Shown here piece after piece: positions 9,656 through 17,832 of a stretch of 43,555 bases of DNA. The stretch is from a virus (Duplodnaviria > Heunggongvirae > Uroviricota > Caudoviricetes), in IMG/VR virus record IMGVR_UViG_2563366965_000004; one strand, given 5' to 3'. The position numbers and the translations under genes are program-made. The notes under the pieces are model-generated. The model did not search any database. It had not been told where the DNA came from and was given only the letters and a program-made list of their open reading frames with translations. Numbering within the stretch: the first letter of the stretch is position 1; each line of letters begins with the position of its first letter.

Positions 9656-10564
9656 ATGTCAAATACCGCTGAAATAATCAATTTCCCAAATAAAACCGAA
9701 CAACCGGGAGGTCGTATGGCCGACCTGTCGAACGGGTATACCAAGGTCGCTAACGAGATCCAACAGCTTAAGCCTCGCCTGAGACTGTCAGGCCGGGAAT
9801 GGCAATGTTTTGAGGCGGTGATCTGGCTTACCTACGGCTGGAACAAGAAACAGGACCGCGTGACAAATACGGTTATTGCCGAGCTTACGGGCCTGAGCGA
9901 TACGCATGTATCGGACGCGCTTAAGTCTCTCGCAGAACGCAAAATCATCTTTTCACAGAAGCAGGGCATGATGAAAATCGTCGGTGTAAACACTGACCTT
10001 TCAGCATGGATTTTAGACAAACCGGAAACGGGAAGAAAATTCCCGAAAACGGGAAAATCCTTCCCGAAATCAGGAATAACCTTCCCGAAAACGGTAGACA
10101 CCCAATACAAGAACAAGAACAGTATTAAAAGATCTTCGTCCGAGAATTCTGACGAATCCTCTGACGCACGTCTGAAGAAATTTTTATCAACTCATCCTGA
10201 AGCTGCGGTCTACACACCATCCGGTGCGAAGTGGGGCTCTGCTGAAGACCTCGAGACAGCTAAGTGGATTTCCTCCAGGGTGAAGCTGATTAACCCAACC
10301 TGCAAAGCCCCGGACATGACCTCCTGGTCTAACACTGTTCGCCTGATGCGCCAGATAGACGACCGGTCGCACCAGGACATCTGCGCGCTGTATGACTGGG
10401 CTAGCAAACACCACTTCTGGCAGACCAACATCCTGAGTCCCGAAAGCCTGCGTAAGCAGTGGGACAAGCTGACAATGCAGCGTAACGCCGGAGGTGAGCA
10501 GCGCGCTGTCAAGCCAGATCTGGACTTCAACAACACTGACTGGGCCTATGGGGTGATCCGATGA
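9656..10564 (+). CDS. Replication initiation protein, lambda O-like replisome organiser
   Basis: N-terminal LSGREWQCFEAVIWLTYGWNKK is the phage replisome-organiser motif; iterons lie inside the gene; ATG 9656 with GGAGAA RBS (track start 9623 is GTG). Confidence 0.75.
   Translation: MSNTAEIINFPNKTEQPGGRMADLSNGYTKVANEIQQLKPRLRLSGREWQCFEAVIWLTYGWNKKQDRVTNTVIAELTGLSDTHVSDALKSLAERKIIFSQKQGMMKIVGVNTDLSAWILDKPETGRKFPKTGKSFPKSGITFPKTVDTQYKNKNSIKRSSSENSDESSDARLKKFLSTHPEAAVYTPSGAKWGSAEDLETAKWISSRVKLINPTCKAPDMTSWSNTVRLMRQIDDRSHQDICALYDWASKHHFWQTNILSPESLRKQWDKLTMQRNAGGEQRAVKPDLDFNNTDWAYGVIR
10019..10095. repeat. Putative replication origin iterons inside the O-like gene
   Basis: TTCCCGAAA repeated at 10040, 10061 and 10082 (21-bp period) plus a degenerate copy at about 10019; encodes the FPKTGKSFPKSGITFPKT peptide repeat, as for ori-lambda within O. 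Confidence 0.6.
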
Positions 10565-11250
10565 AATCTCTTGCAGAGCAGATGCGTAACCACGACCGCG
10601 AGCAGATGAGCCGCATGGCCCATAACCTGCCAGAGCAGTACCAGGAGTGCGCGCCGGTCGAGCAGGTGGCGCAGGTATTCAACAAGCTGTTCAACGAGCT
10701 GCGCGCCGCGTTCCCGGCCAGCATGGCGAACTTCCGCACCCAGGAAGACCTGAACGAATTCCGCCGTCAGTGGCTGCTGGCGTTTCAGGAGAACGGGATC
10801 CACACCATGGCTCAGGTCGATGCCGGCATGCGCATTGCCCGCCGCCAGGAGCGCCCATTCCTGCCGTCGCCGGGCCAGTTCGTCGCCTGGTGCAAGCAGA
10901 GCAGCGGCGCGCTGGGCGTCAACGTTGACCAGGTGATCGCCGAATACTGGGACTGGCGTAACCGCTCGTTCGAATTCATCTCCAGCGAGCAATTTCCATG
11001 GTCGCAGCCGGTCATGTACCACATTTGCGTAGAATTGCGCCACCGCAGCACCGAGCGCCAGTTAACGCATGGTGAACTGGCACGCGAGGCAGGCGATCTG
11101 CTGGACATGTGGGAAAGGCGCGTCACCGAGGGTAAGCCAGTGCCGCCGGTACGCCGGGCTATTGCCGCACCAGCTGCCGAGCAAGGGCCGACGCCGATCC
11201 AGCTGCTGCTGGCCAAGTACAACCGCAACAAGTCGAACGGGATGGTGTGA
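10561..11250 (+). CDS. Replication protein P-like helicase loader
   Basis: Collinear similarity to lambda P as recalled (AEQM.NHDREQM.R.AHN.PEQY...RPFLPSPGQFVAWC); start overlaps the O stop. Confidence 0.85.
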   Translation: MKSLAEQMRNHDREQMSRMAHNLPEQYQECAPVEQVAQVFNKLFNELRAAFPASMANFRTQEDLNEFRRQWLLAFQENGIHTMAQVDAGMRIARRQERPFLPSPGQFVAWCKQSSGALGVNVDQVIAEYWDWRNRSFEFISSEQFPWSQPVMYHICVELRHRSTERQLTHGELAREAGDLLDMWERRVTEGKPVPPVRRAIAAPAAEQGPTPIQLLLAKYNRNKSNGMV

Positions 11251-11251
11251 C

Positions 11252-11596
11252 ATGAACATAACAATCCGTGAGCAGGTGCTGGCAGCCCTGCGCAACAACC
11301 CAGGGTTGAACAACGCCAAACTGGCAGGGCTTATCGGCATGGACACCAAAAAGATATCCGGAACGGTGAGCACGCTGCTGGCAGACGGCCTGATCCGCTG
11401 CGAAGGAAAATACGGCCAGCGCCTTTACAGCCTGACCAGCTACGGAATGCGCTTCGCCCCTGACACGATACCTGGCATGAAGCAGGGTAAGTCGAAGTTA
11501 ATTCAGCGGACGGACACAAACGTGATCTGCCAGGAGTGCCGCAACAGCGCGGCGATGAGAAGGGTATTGATGGTTTGGGGGAGGGTAGGGGTATGA
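11252..11596 (+). CDS. Hypothetical winged-helix-like protein
   Basis: ATG 11252 just after the P stop; 114 aa (MNITIREQVLAALRNNPGLNNAKLAGLIG...). Confidence 0.45.
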   Translation: MNITIREQVLAALRNNPGLNNAKLAGLIGMDTKKISGTVSTLLADGLIRCEGKYGQRLYSLTSYGMRFAPDTIPGMKQGKSKLIQRTDTNVICQECRNSAAMRRVLMVWGRVGV

Positions 11597-11790
11597 AAAT
11601 CGAAGATATCAAAAACGTTGCGGTGTTCTTCAATATGAACGGCAAGACAGTAGCGTTACGAATGGATGCTGAGCAGAAGCGGATCGTCGCATTAATGGCG
11701 CTTAACACGGCTGATGCTCGGGCAGAACTGATTGAAGTGCCGCACATGACTTTACCAGCAGACCCAGCCATGGAGGAGGCCGCCCAATGA
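11593..11790 (+). CDS. Hypothetical protein (65 aa)
   Basis: ATG 11593 after a GAGGGTAGGGG purine-rich RBS; overlaps the neighbouring stop and start codons. Confidence 0.4.
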   Translation: MKIEDIKNVAVFFNMNGKTVALRMDAEQKRIVALMALNTADARAELIEVPHMTLPADPAMEEAAQ

Positions 11791-12332
11791 GCAACATCGA
11801 CAAACGTGGATTACGGGAAGCAGCGGAGAAGGCGACGAAAGGCCGGTGGGCTGTTGAGTTCGACGATGAGATTTACTCCACTGACGGCGTGAACCATGAG
11901 CAAATAGCCATGGTATTCAGTGAAAACGAAGCGCGTGATGCTGCATTTATCGCCGCAGCCAACCCCGCCACCGTGCTGGCACTGCTGGATGAGCTGGAAG
12001 CCGCAGAGAAGCGCATAGCAGAACTGGAGGCGCGTTCATTCAATCCAGCAATTCTGGATGTGGTAGCCGAACGTCAGCGGCAACAGTCGGTTGAAGGATG
12101 GACTCCTGAACATGATAACGCATATCAAAATAGCGAATTAGCAGATGCAGCGGCTTGTTACGCAATTCATGCGCACAACCAAGGTTTCTCCACTCCAGCA
12201 CATTGGCCGTGGTCGCCTGATTGGTGGAAGCAATCAGGAGCACGCTGCGACTTGGTAAAAGCTGGCGCTCTTATTCTGGCAGAAATTGAACGCATTGACC
12301 GCGCCGCTGGCATTGGCGTGAAGGGGGAATGA
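11787..12332 (+). CDS. Ead/Ea22-like protein
   Basis: N-terminus MSNIDKRGLREAAEKATKGRW...AAFIAAANPATVLALLDELE is the typical Ead/Ea22-like start in lambdoid prophages. Confidence 0.55.
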   Translation: MSNIDKRGLREAAEKATKGRWAVEFDDEIYSTDGVNHEQIAMVFSENEARDAAFIAAANPATVLALLDELEAAEKRIAELEARSFNPAILDVVAERQRQQSVEGWTPEHDNAYQNSELADAAACYAIHAHNQGFSTPAHWPWSPDWWKQSGARCDLVKAGALILAEIERIDRAAGIGVKGE

Positions 12333-12333
12333 G

Positions 12334-12537
12334 ATGTCAAAGTCACCAATGAAACTCATGCTACGGGCATGGAACAAAGAGCTTAAAAATCCAGAATGGG
12401 GCATGGGCAATCGTAAACACCGCAAAGCTTGTGCTCGTGATTTTGCCGGAGCCAGCATAGAAACCGATGCTGATATCCCTAACCAAGCCGAAGCAGATGA
12501 CCGCCTGGCGGAAGAACTTACTTACTGGACGGACTAA
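12334..12537 (+). CDS. Hypothetical protein (67 aa)
   Basis: Compact ORF between the Ea22-like and DUF550-like genes. Confidence 0.4.
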   Translation: MSKSPMKLMLRAWNKELKNPEWGMGNRKHRKACARDFAGASIETDADIPNQAEADDRLAEELTYWTD

Positions 12538-12540
12538 CCC

Positions 12541-12990
12541 ATGACAACTAACCACCCGGCGCACGGTCATGTATCACTCGATCGCCTGCACCAGATACGC
12601 GAAATACTCAGCAACGCAGCAGCACAAAGCGACGGCGGTAATCTCGGCTACGCAATGGCTGATGCTGTGAAGGTGATTGATGGAGTTCTGGAGTCGATGG
12701 CCCGTGAGCAAGTACGCCGTGAGCATGCTACATGGTCACAGGCTACTTTCGGCGATGTCGGTCCAGTTGGTCCGCTGAAGCACCTTTCCAAAGAAGCGCT
12801 CGAGGCGGCAGCTGAACCAAGTGACCTTACCGAATGGGCTGACATGCAATTCCTGTTATGGGATGCGCAACGTCGTGCCGGTATCAGTGATGAGCAGATT
12901 ACCCTGGCGATGGTAGAAAAGTTGGCGGTTAACAAACAGCGCGAATGGCCTGAGCCGAAAGATGGTGAGCCGCGTCTGCACATCAAGTAG
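12541..12990 (+). CDS. DUF550-like (dATP/dGTP diphosphohydrolase-like domain) protein
   Basis: Sequence HATWSQATFGDVGPVGPLKHLSKEALEAAAEP...QFLLWDAQRRAGISDEQI resembles the DUF550 family common in lambdoid early regions. Confidence 0.5.
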   Translation: MTTNHPAHGHVSLDRLHQIREILSNAAAQSDGGNLGYAMADAVKVIDGVLESMAREQVRREHATWSQATFGDVGPVGPLKHLSKEALEAAAEPSDLTEWADMQFLLWDAQRRAGISDEQITLAMVEKLAVNKQREWPEPKDGEPRLHIK

Positions 12991-13043
12991 ACTCTTATGG
13001 ATAATTGAACCCTAATTCATTATGAACATAATAAGGAGTCCTT

Positions 13044-13364
13044 ATGTCTTACATAATGCCTGAAAAAGGCCAAATGAATGAATATGGAATTGAGGCTTTC
13101 GGGATCCCGCTTACCAGTAGGCATGGAGTTGCGATGGAACTGTCTCAAATGCTACGTTTTTCTTACTATGTAGCTTCAGTTGGGCTTGTAAAATGTATTG
13201 AAAGTGTCTTCTATGATTCAGGCTCTTGCTGCTGTAATTTTGAATTTATTCCCGGGTTTAATGAGTATTCGGAGGAGGCAGAAAAAATTAGACAGTGCGC
13301 GCTACGTTCGATTGGGCAATTTGAATGGTTCGGTATGATTGAACACGGCGACATCAACGGCTAA
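13044..13364 (+). CDS. Hypothetical accessory protein (106 aa), AT-rich
   Basis: Stands alone with AGGAG RBS and its own terminator; Cys cluster (GSCCCNF); composition differs from flanking phage genes. Confidence 0.5.
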   Translation: MSYIMPEKGQMNEYGIEAFGIPLTSRHGVAMELSQMLRFSYYVASVGLVKCIESVFYDSGSCCCNFEFIPGFNEYSEEAEKIRQCALRSIGQFEWFGMIEHGDING

Positions 13365-13393
13365 GTGTTTAACTCCAATAGCAAACGAATAAA

Positions 13394-13418
13394 AGCCTCT
13401 AAGTTAGAGGTTTTTTAT
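13394..13418 (+). terminator. Rho-independent terminator
   Basis: Hairpin CCTCT-aagtt-AGAGG followed by TTTTTT. Confidence 0.45.
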
Positions 13419-13554
13419 GTCTGAAAGGTAGCATTACCAAGTCTATGGTTGCCTAGCTCAGTCAGGCTTGTATTTGGTTGCTTAGCAATCAACTCATGCG
13501 ACATGAGCGGGATCTTTCTAATTATCATTTTCGGTAAATGATTTTGGTTGCTTG

Positions 13555-13585
13555 GTTGACAAAATCGAGAAAATGCGAAAATATA
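13555..13585 (+). promoter_or_regulatory. Candidate sigma70 promoter for the 13620-15354 cassette
   Basis: Consensus TTGACA at 13555-13560 followed 17-20 bp later by an AT-rich -10-like AAATAT/TATATG region. Confidence 0.3.
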
Positions 13586-13619
13586 TGGTTTACGAATTCC
13601 AAAAAAAGCGAAACTTGAA

Positions 13620-14270
13620 ATGAGCGACAACCAGTTAGCACCTTGTTGGGAATTTCAGCCTTACCTTGCTGAAAGCAATGTTCGTCAGTTGTTAGCGGAA
13701 ATTGCTAATGTACTCGAGCAATTGTACTACCACAAACACACACTGGACAGTAACTGGTCCGAAGGTGTAAGGGCTTATGATTGGGTCAGAAATCATTTGA
13801 TTCAAAGTGAAGGGACACTGCCGGGTCTGGAAATGGTTTCGAAGGGACTGGATTATGTGGTTGCGTTAAATAAAGTGCCGCTGCAGTTCTCCAAAGATTG
13901 CATTAATAACCCGAAGAAGAAGCATCGCCTTCTTCGAAATAGGGTGGAGCATGAGCAACTTTCATTGTTCGGTGAAACTGAAGCCGAGCAAGATATTACA
14001 TGGCGGATCATCGCCGAACCATTTTTATCCGATGAAGAAGATGGCGAGCTGGAATCAACATTGCCTCGCTGGGAAGTGGCTTTAGTTGGGTTTAACGCAT
14101 ATGGTGCCCAGATCAGTATGGTTTCACACCAATCTACTGCTTCAGCGCCGCTTATGTCTCTTGATACCAACACTCTTCCGGATGAAGCTGAGATTGGCAA
14201 AGCCTCTCTTCGCCGCCGTAAAAAAGATCAAGATTTGGATGTGAGCAGTAATGGAACATCAAGTGAATGA
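13620..14270 (+). CDS. Hypothetical protein (216 aa), candidate effector/toxin partner of the ImmA-like protein
   Basis: AT-rich ORF with no motif I recognise; 3' end overlaps the next gene by 20 nt (translational coupling). Confidence 0.55.
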   Translation: MSDNQLAPCWEFQPYLAESNVRQLLAEIANVLEQLYYHKHTLDSNWSEGVRAYDWVRNHLIQSEGTLPGLEMVSKGLDYVVALNKVPLQFSKDCINNPKKKHRLLRNRVEHEQLSLFGETEAEQDITWRIIAEPFLSDEEDGELESTLPRWEVALVGFNAYGAQISMVSHQSTASAPLMSLDTNTLPDEAEIGKASLRRRKKDQDLDVSSNGTSSE

Positions 14271-15354
14271 CTTTGCTGAGTATCGTGGGGATAAGCTCAA
14301 ATTAGCCAGAATGGCTGTTGGGCTCTCCTGCGAAGAGTTAGCGGAGAAAATTGGTAAAACAAAACAATTCGTTAGCAAATTGGAAAAAGGGTTTAAACCA
14401 TCAGAACAGTTGTTAGAATTAATCTCATCTGCGCTGATGATTAAATCTGATTTCCTATTTACTGAACGAAAATATGCTTTAGAAAGCGATGTTTGCCATT
14501 TTCGGAGTAAAAAATCGAGAACCCAAACATTAACCAATAGTGTTCTGGCAAGGGCGGAGATTCTTAACATTATAATCTCTGCCGTTGAGGGAGAAATCGA
14601 GTTTCCTGATGTTTTCATACCTGAGCACCCCGGTGCTGAATTGCTGACTCCAAATGATATTGAACGTGTAGCGGAAGACTGCAGAAGAGCATGGAACTTA
14701 GGGCTGGGACCTATATCCTCAATGGTCAAACTGGCTGAGAGTTTGGGGGTTATTGTTGCTCATGTGACAGGAGTGGATGACCGCGTAGATGCTTTTACTG
14801 TTCATAACAACAGGCCAGTAATCATCCGAAATAACGTCAAAAAGAGTATATGCAGATTCCGATCAGATTTAGGTCACGAATTGGGGCACTTGGTTATGCA
14901 CGAAGGTATAACCACAGGAGATAAAGTGACTGAATCGCAAGCGGATCGTTTTTCAAGCGCGTTGCTAGTTCCTCGATTGTCCTTTATTAAAGAGTTTCCC
15001 CGTATACGAGGAAGACAGTTCGATTGGAACGCCCTAGTTGAGTTTAAGCTTCGGTGGAAGATTAGTCTTAAAATGTGCATTTACCGAGCAACAACTCTAG
15101 GCCTGCTGACGCAGGAGCAGGCAAGAACAGGTTATATGCATTTGAACTCTAAAGGATATACGAAAGTTGAACCAGGAGATGAATTTATTCGCCCGGAAGA
15201 ACCGAGTATGTTAGCTGAGGCGATTGAAATGCTGGATGATGCAACATGGATGAGCATTCTCATGAAAACTGGTTTAAGCCAGGAGTTGGTTAGGGAGTTA
15301 TTCTCGGTAAACCGCCCACTGTCAAATCCAAGAAATCTACTTCAACTGGTTTGA
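14251..15354 (+). CDS. HTH-XRE / ImmA-IrrE family zinc metallopeptidase fusion protein
   Basis: N-terminal HTH (LSCEELAEKIGKTKQFVSKLEKG) and HEXXH zinc-binding motif (HELGHLVMHE) in the COG2856/ImmA-IrrE arrangement; 367 aa. Confidence 0.8.
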   Translation: MEHQVNDFAEYRGDKLKLARMAVGLSCEELAEKIGKTKQFVSKLEKGFKPSEQLLELISSALMIKSDFLFTERKYALESDVCHFRSKKSRTQTLTNSVLARAEILNIIISAVEGEIEFPDVFIPEHPGAELLTPNDIERVAEDCRRAWNLGLGPISSMVKLAESLGVIVAHVTGVDDRVDAFTVHNNRPVIIRNNVKKSICRFRSDLGHELGHLVMHEGITTGDKVTESQADRFSSALLVPRLSFIKEFPRIRGRQFDWNALVEFKLRWKISLKMCIYRATTLGLLTQEQARTGYMHLNSKGYTKVEPGDEFIRPEEPSMLAEAIEMLDDATWMSILMKTGLSQELVRELFSVNRPLSNPRNLLQLV

Positions 15355-15368
15355 CTCAAAGCTTGTAA

Positions 15369-15396
15369 TAAACCCGCTATATGCGGGTTTTTTCTT
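15369..15396 (+). terminator. Rho-independent terminator
   Basis: AACCCGC-tatat-GCGGGTT hairpin followed by a T-run. Confidence 0.6.
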
Positions 15397-15514
15397 TCTG
15401 GTAGCGCGCTGTGGTAACGCTGTGCCTCCAGCGCTCGCTGAGGCGCTGGTGCGTGCTAATTTGCCGGAGCTTTGTCAGCAGAAACAAATAGCGGCGTAAT
15501 AAAACATTGCTAAT

Positions 15515-15545
15515 TCAACCCGCTACGGCGGGTTTTCTTTTTTTA
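15515..15545 (+). terminator. Rho-independent terminator (second of a tandem pair)
   Basis: AACCCGC-tac-GGCGGGTT hairpin followed by TTTTCTTTTTTT. Confidence 0.55.
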
Positions 15546-15606
15546 ATACTGACAGAAAATTAACAATTTGTGCTCTTAAAACGTTGATCATTTCCGTGCA
15601 TAGGTA

Positions 15607-15626
15607 TACTGTATAAAAACACAGTA
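15607..15626. promoter_or_regulatory. LexA (SOS) box
   Basis: TACTGTATAAAAACACAGTA: perfect CTGT-N8-ACAG palindrome, 19 nt upstream of the dinI-like start, overlapping the likely promoter. Confidence 0.7.
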
Positions 15627-15644
15627 CATGCAATGGAGGCTATT

Positions 15645-15878
15645 ATGAAAGTTGAATTAACCATTGATCGCATGAAAGAACTTCCTAAAGGCGCAGTACC
15701 AGCACTGGAGAAAGAACTGCTTAAGCGCCTGAATGATCACTATGACAATTGCAGGCTCACAATCCGCCGTGCCGGGTCCGATGGGTTAAGTGTTTTTGGT
15801 GGTGACAAGGACGATAAAAAGAAAATTGAATCAATCCTCCAGGATACCTGGGAAAGCGCTGACGACTGGTTTTATTAG
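15645..15878 (+). CDS. dinI: DinI-like DNA-damage-inducible protein
   Basis: 77 aa; C-terminus ILQDTWESADDWFY and N-terminal MKVELTID...LPKGAV match E. coli DinI as recalled; GGAGG RBS; track ORF starts 12 nt upstream. Confidence 0.85.
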   Translation: MKVELTIDRMKELPKGAVPALEKELLKRLNDHYDNCRLTIRRAGSDGLSVFGGDKDDKKKIESILQDTWESADDWFY

Positions 15879-15995
15879 AATTGCGCTTAAGGCTGGCGCG
15901 CATTTTTCAGAATACCGCAATTTGCGTAACCCTCTGATGCTGCTGCCGACAATCTTTAATCGCGTCTGTTAGTCGCTCGAAGGGAGAACATAAAT

Positions 15996-16244
15996 GTGAG
16001 TGATTCAGCTTTGCAAACGTCAGAAGACAACTGGTATGACATTGTAAGAAGGTCTGACGGCTGCGTGGTGTTTAGCTTTCCTTCATCGGGCAGGCATCTA
16101 ATTTATCGCGTCAATGGCATGGTTTCTATGCGGCCTTTGCTGGATGATGAAGAGGTCTTTACTCCTAATGGTTTTATGCAATTTATCCGCCGTCTCGGCT
16201 ACCGGGTAACACCACCTTCTGATAATATGAAATCGACGGTCTGA
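15996..16244 (+). CDS. Hypothetical nin-region protein (82 aa)
   Basis: GTG start with AGGGAG RBS 9 nt upstream. Confidence 0.4.
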   Translation: MSDSALQTSEDNWYDIVRRSDGCVVFSFPSSGRHLIYRVNGMVSMRPLLDDEEVFTPNGFMQFIRRLGYRVTPPSDNMKSTV

Positions 16245-16278
16245 ACAACCGTAACCTACTGCGCCACGGAGAGAAACC

Positions 16279-16878
16279 ATGGCGCACGAACTACAACTCA
16301 TTAAGCAGTCCTCAGGAATTCTGATCCCCGCTACGCCGGAGACCAGCGATATTCTGCAATCAAAAATCAAACTTGGTGCCGTATTGGTAGCCGAATTTCG
16401 TCAGGTGAGGAATCCAGCATTCCATCGCCGTTTCTTTGCGCTCCTGAATCTCGGGTTTGAATACTGGGAACCCACCGGTGGGGCGATTTCTTCCAATGAA
16501 CGTAAATTGGTGACCGGGTACGCTAAATTCCTCGCGGCATTTGGTGGAAACGAAGGCGCACTGCTGGATGCTGCCGAGCAGTATCTGGACCGTATCGCCG
16601 ATAAGCGCGCCGGTAGTATCAGCATCTGCAAATCCTATGACGCATATCGTGCATGGGTGATCATCGAGTCTGGCCACTACGACGCCATACAGCTTCCCGA
16701 CGGCACCCTTCGCAAACACCCCCGCAGCATTGCCTTTGCCAACATGGACGAAACCGAGTTCCAGCAGCTGTACAAAGCCGCGCTCGATGTTCTGTGGCGC
16801 TGGGTATTGTCCCGGGCATTCAAGGACCAGCGTGAAGCGGAAAACGCCGCATCGCAGCTCATGAGCTTTGCGGGGTGA
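16279..16878 (+). CDS. DUF1367-like nin-region protein
   Basis: 199 aa; lambdoid nin-region context; family assignment from memory only. Confidence 0.5.
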   Translation: MAHELQLIKQSSGILIPATPETSDILQSKIKLGAVLVAEFRQVRNPAFHRRFFALLNLGFEYWEPTGGAISSNERKLVTGYAKFLAAFGGNEGALLDAAEQYLDRIADKRAGSISICKSYDAYRAWVIIESGHYDAIQLPDGTLRKHPRSIAFANMDETEFQQLYKAALDVLWRWVLSRAFKDQREAENAASQLMSFAG

Positions 16879-17084
16879 TGGCGATGAAATATTCCTGGTT
16901 CCACCATCACGAATGCACAACCGATCAGGCCGACGAGCTGGTGGCCAGTTACCGTCGTCGTGGCGCCACGGTAGAACGTAGCCTGAATCGCGACAACATC
17001 ACCTGGACTATCAGCGCAAAATTGCCTGAATGCGAGCATCCGGCGCGTACACCAAGAACCTTTCGACAAAAGGTCTGGGGGTGA
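16878..17084 (+). CDS. Hypothetical protein (68 aa)
   Basis: ATG overlaps the preceding TGA stop (ATGA coupling); track ORF begins at GTG 16875. Confidence 0.4.
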   Translation: MAMKYSWFHHHECTTDQADELVASYRRRGATVERSLNRDNITWTISAKLPECEHPARTPRTFRQKVWG

Positions 17085-17086
17085 TT

Positions 17087-17698
17087 ATGGCTAAGTTACC
17101 GCGCCGGAAGTGCGCCAACAAGGAATGCCGCCAGTGGTTCAATCCAGTACGCGACACGCAGACCGTCTGCGGTTATGAGTGCGCCAGCGCCGTCGGGAAA
17201 GAGCAGACCAGAAAAGCCCGGGAGGCTGCACAACGCAAAGAGTCTGCCAAGCAGCGCGCCACTGAGAAGAAAGAACGTGCAGCCTGGCGCCAGCGTAAAG
17301 CTGCAGTTAAGCCGCTGAAGCACTGGATTGACCTGACGCAGCGTGCCGTAAATGACATTTGCCGCGAGACGGAGTTGGCGGAGGGGCGGGGCTGTATTTC
17401 CTGCGGAACTAAAACGGCGTTCGCCTGGCATGCTGGCCATTATCGGACTACGGCAGCCGCTGGGCATCTGCGCTTCACTCGCTTCAACATCCATCTTCAG
17501 TGTGATGTCTGCAACGTCTACAAATCCGGGAATATCGAAGCATACCGAGCCGCGCTGGTGGAACGTTATGGCGAAGAGCTGGTACTAGCGCTCGAGAACA
17601 ATAACGCTCCGCATCGTTGGACTATTGAAGAACTGAAGGAAATCAGACTGACCGCGCTGGCTGACCTGCGCGCGCTGAAAAAGCAGGAGGCAGCATGA
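17087..17698 (+). CDS. ninG: NinG/Rap recombination-associated protein
   Basis: Collinear with lambda NinG as recalled (MAK.PRR.C.N.EC..WF.P...CISCGT...W.AGHYRTTAAA...RFNIHLQC.VCN..KSGN); ATG at 17087. Confidence 0.85.
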   Translation: MAKLPRRKCANKECRQWFNPVRDTQTVCGYECASAVGKEQTRKAREAAQRKESAKQRATEKKERAAWRQRKAAVKPLKHWIDLTQRAVNDICRETELAEGRGCISCGTKTAFAWHAGHYRTTAAAGHLRFTRFNIHLQCDVCNVYKSGNIEAYRAALVERYGEELVLALENNNAPHRWTIEELKEIRLTALADLRALKKQEAA

Positions 17699-17832
17699 CA
17701 TTCGAATCCTATTTTGCCGATCACCTCCGCGTTCGTTGGCAACGATTGCGCTTATACCACTTTCCGGGCTCTGTGCTGACGGATTACCGAATACTGAAGA
17801 ACTACATCAAAACCATAGGCGGTGCAGTATGA
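17695..17832 (+). CDS. Small ORF (45 aa) coupled between ninG and Q
   Basis: ATGA overlaps at both ends (17695-17698 and 17829-17832); not in the ORF track. Confidence 0.3.
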   Translation: MTFESYFADHLRVRWQRLRLYHFPGSVLTDYRILKNYIKTIGGAV

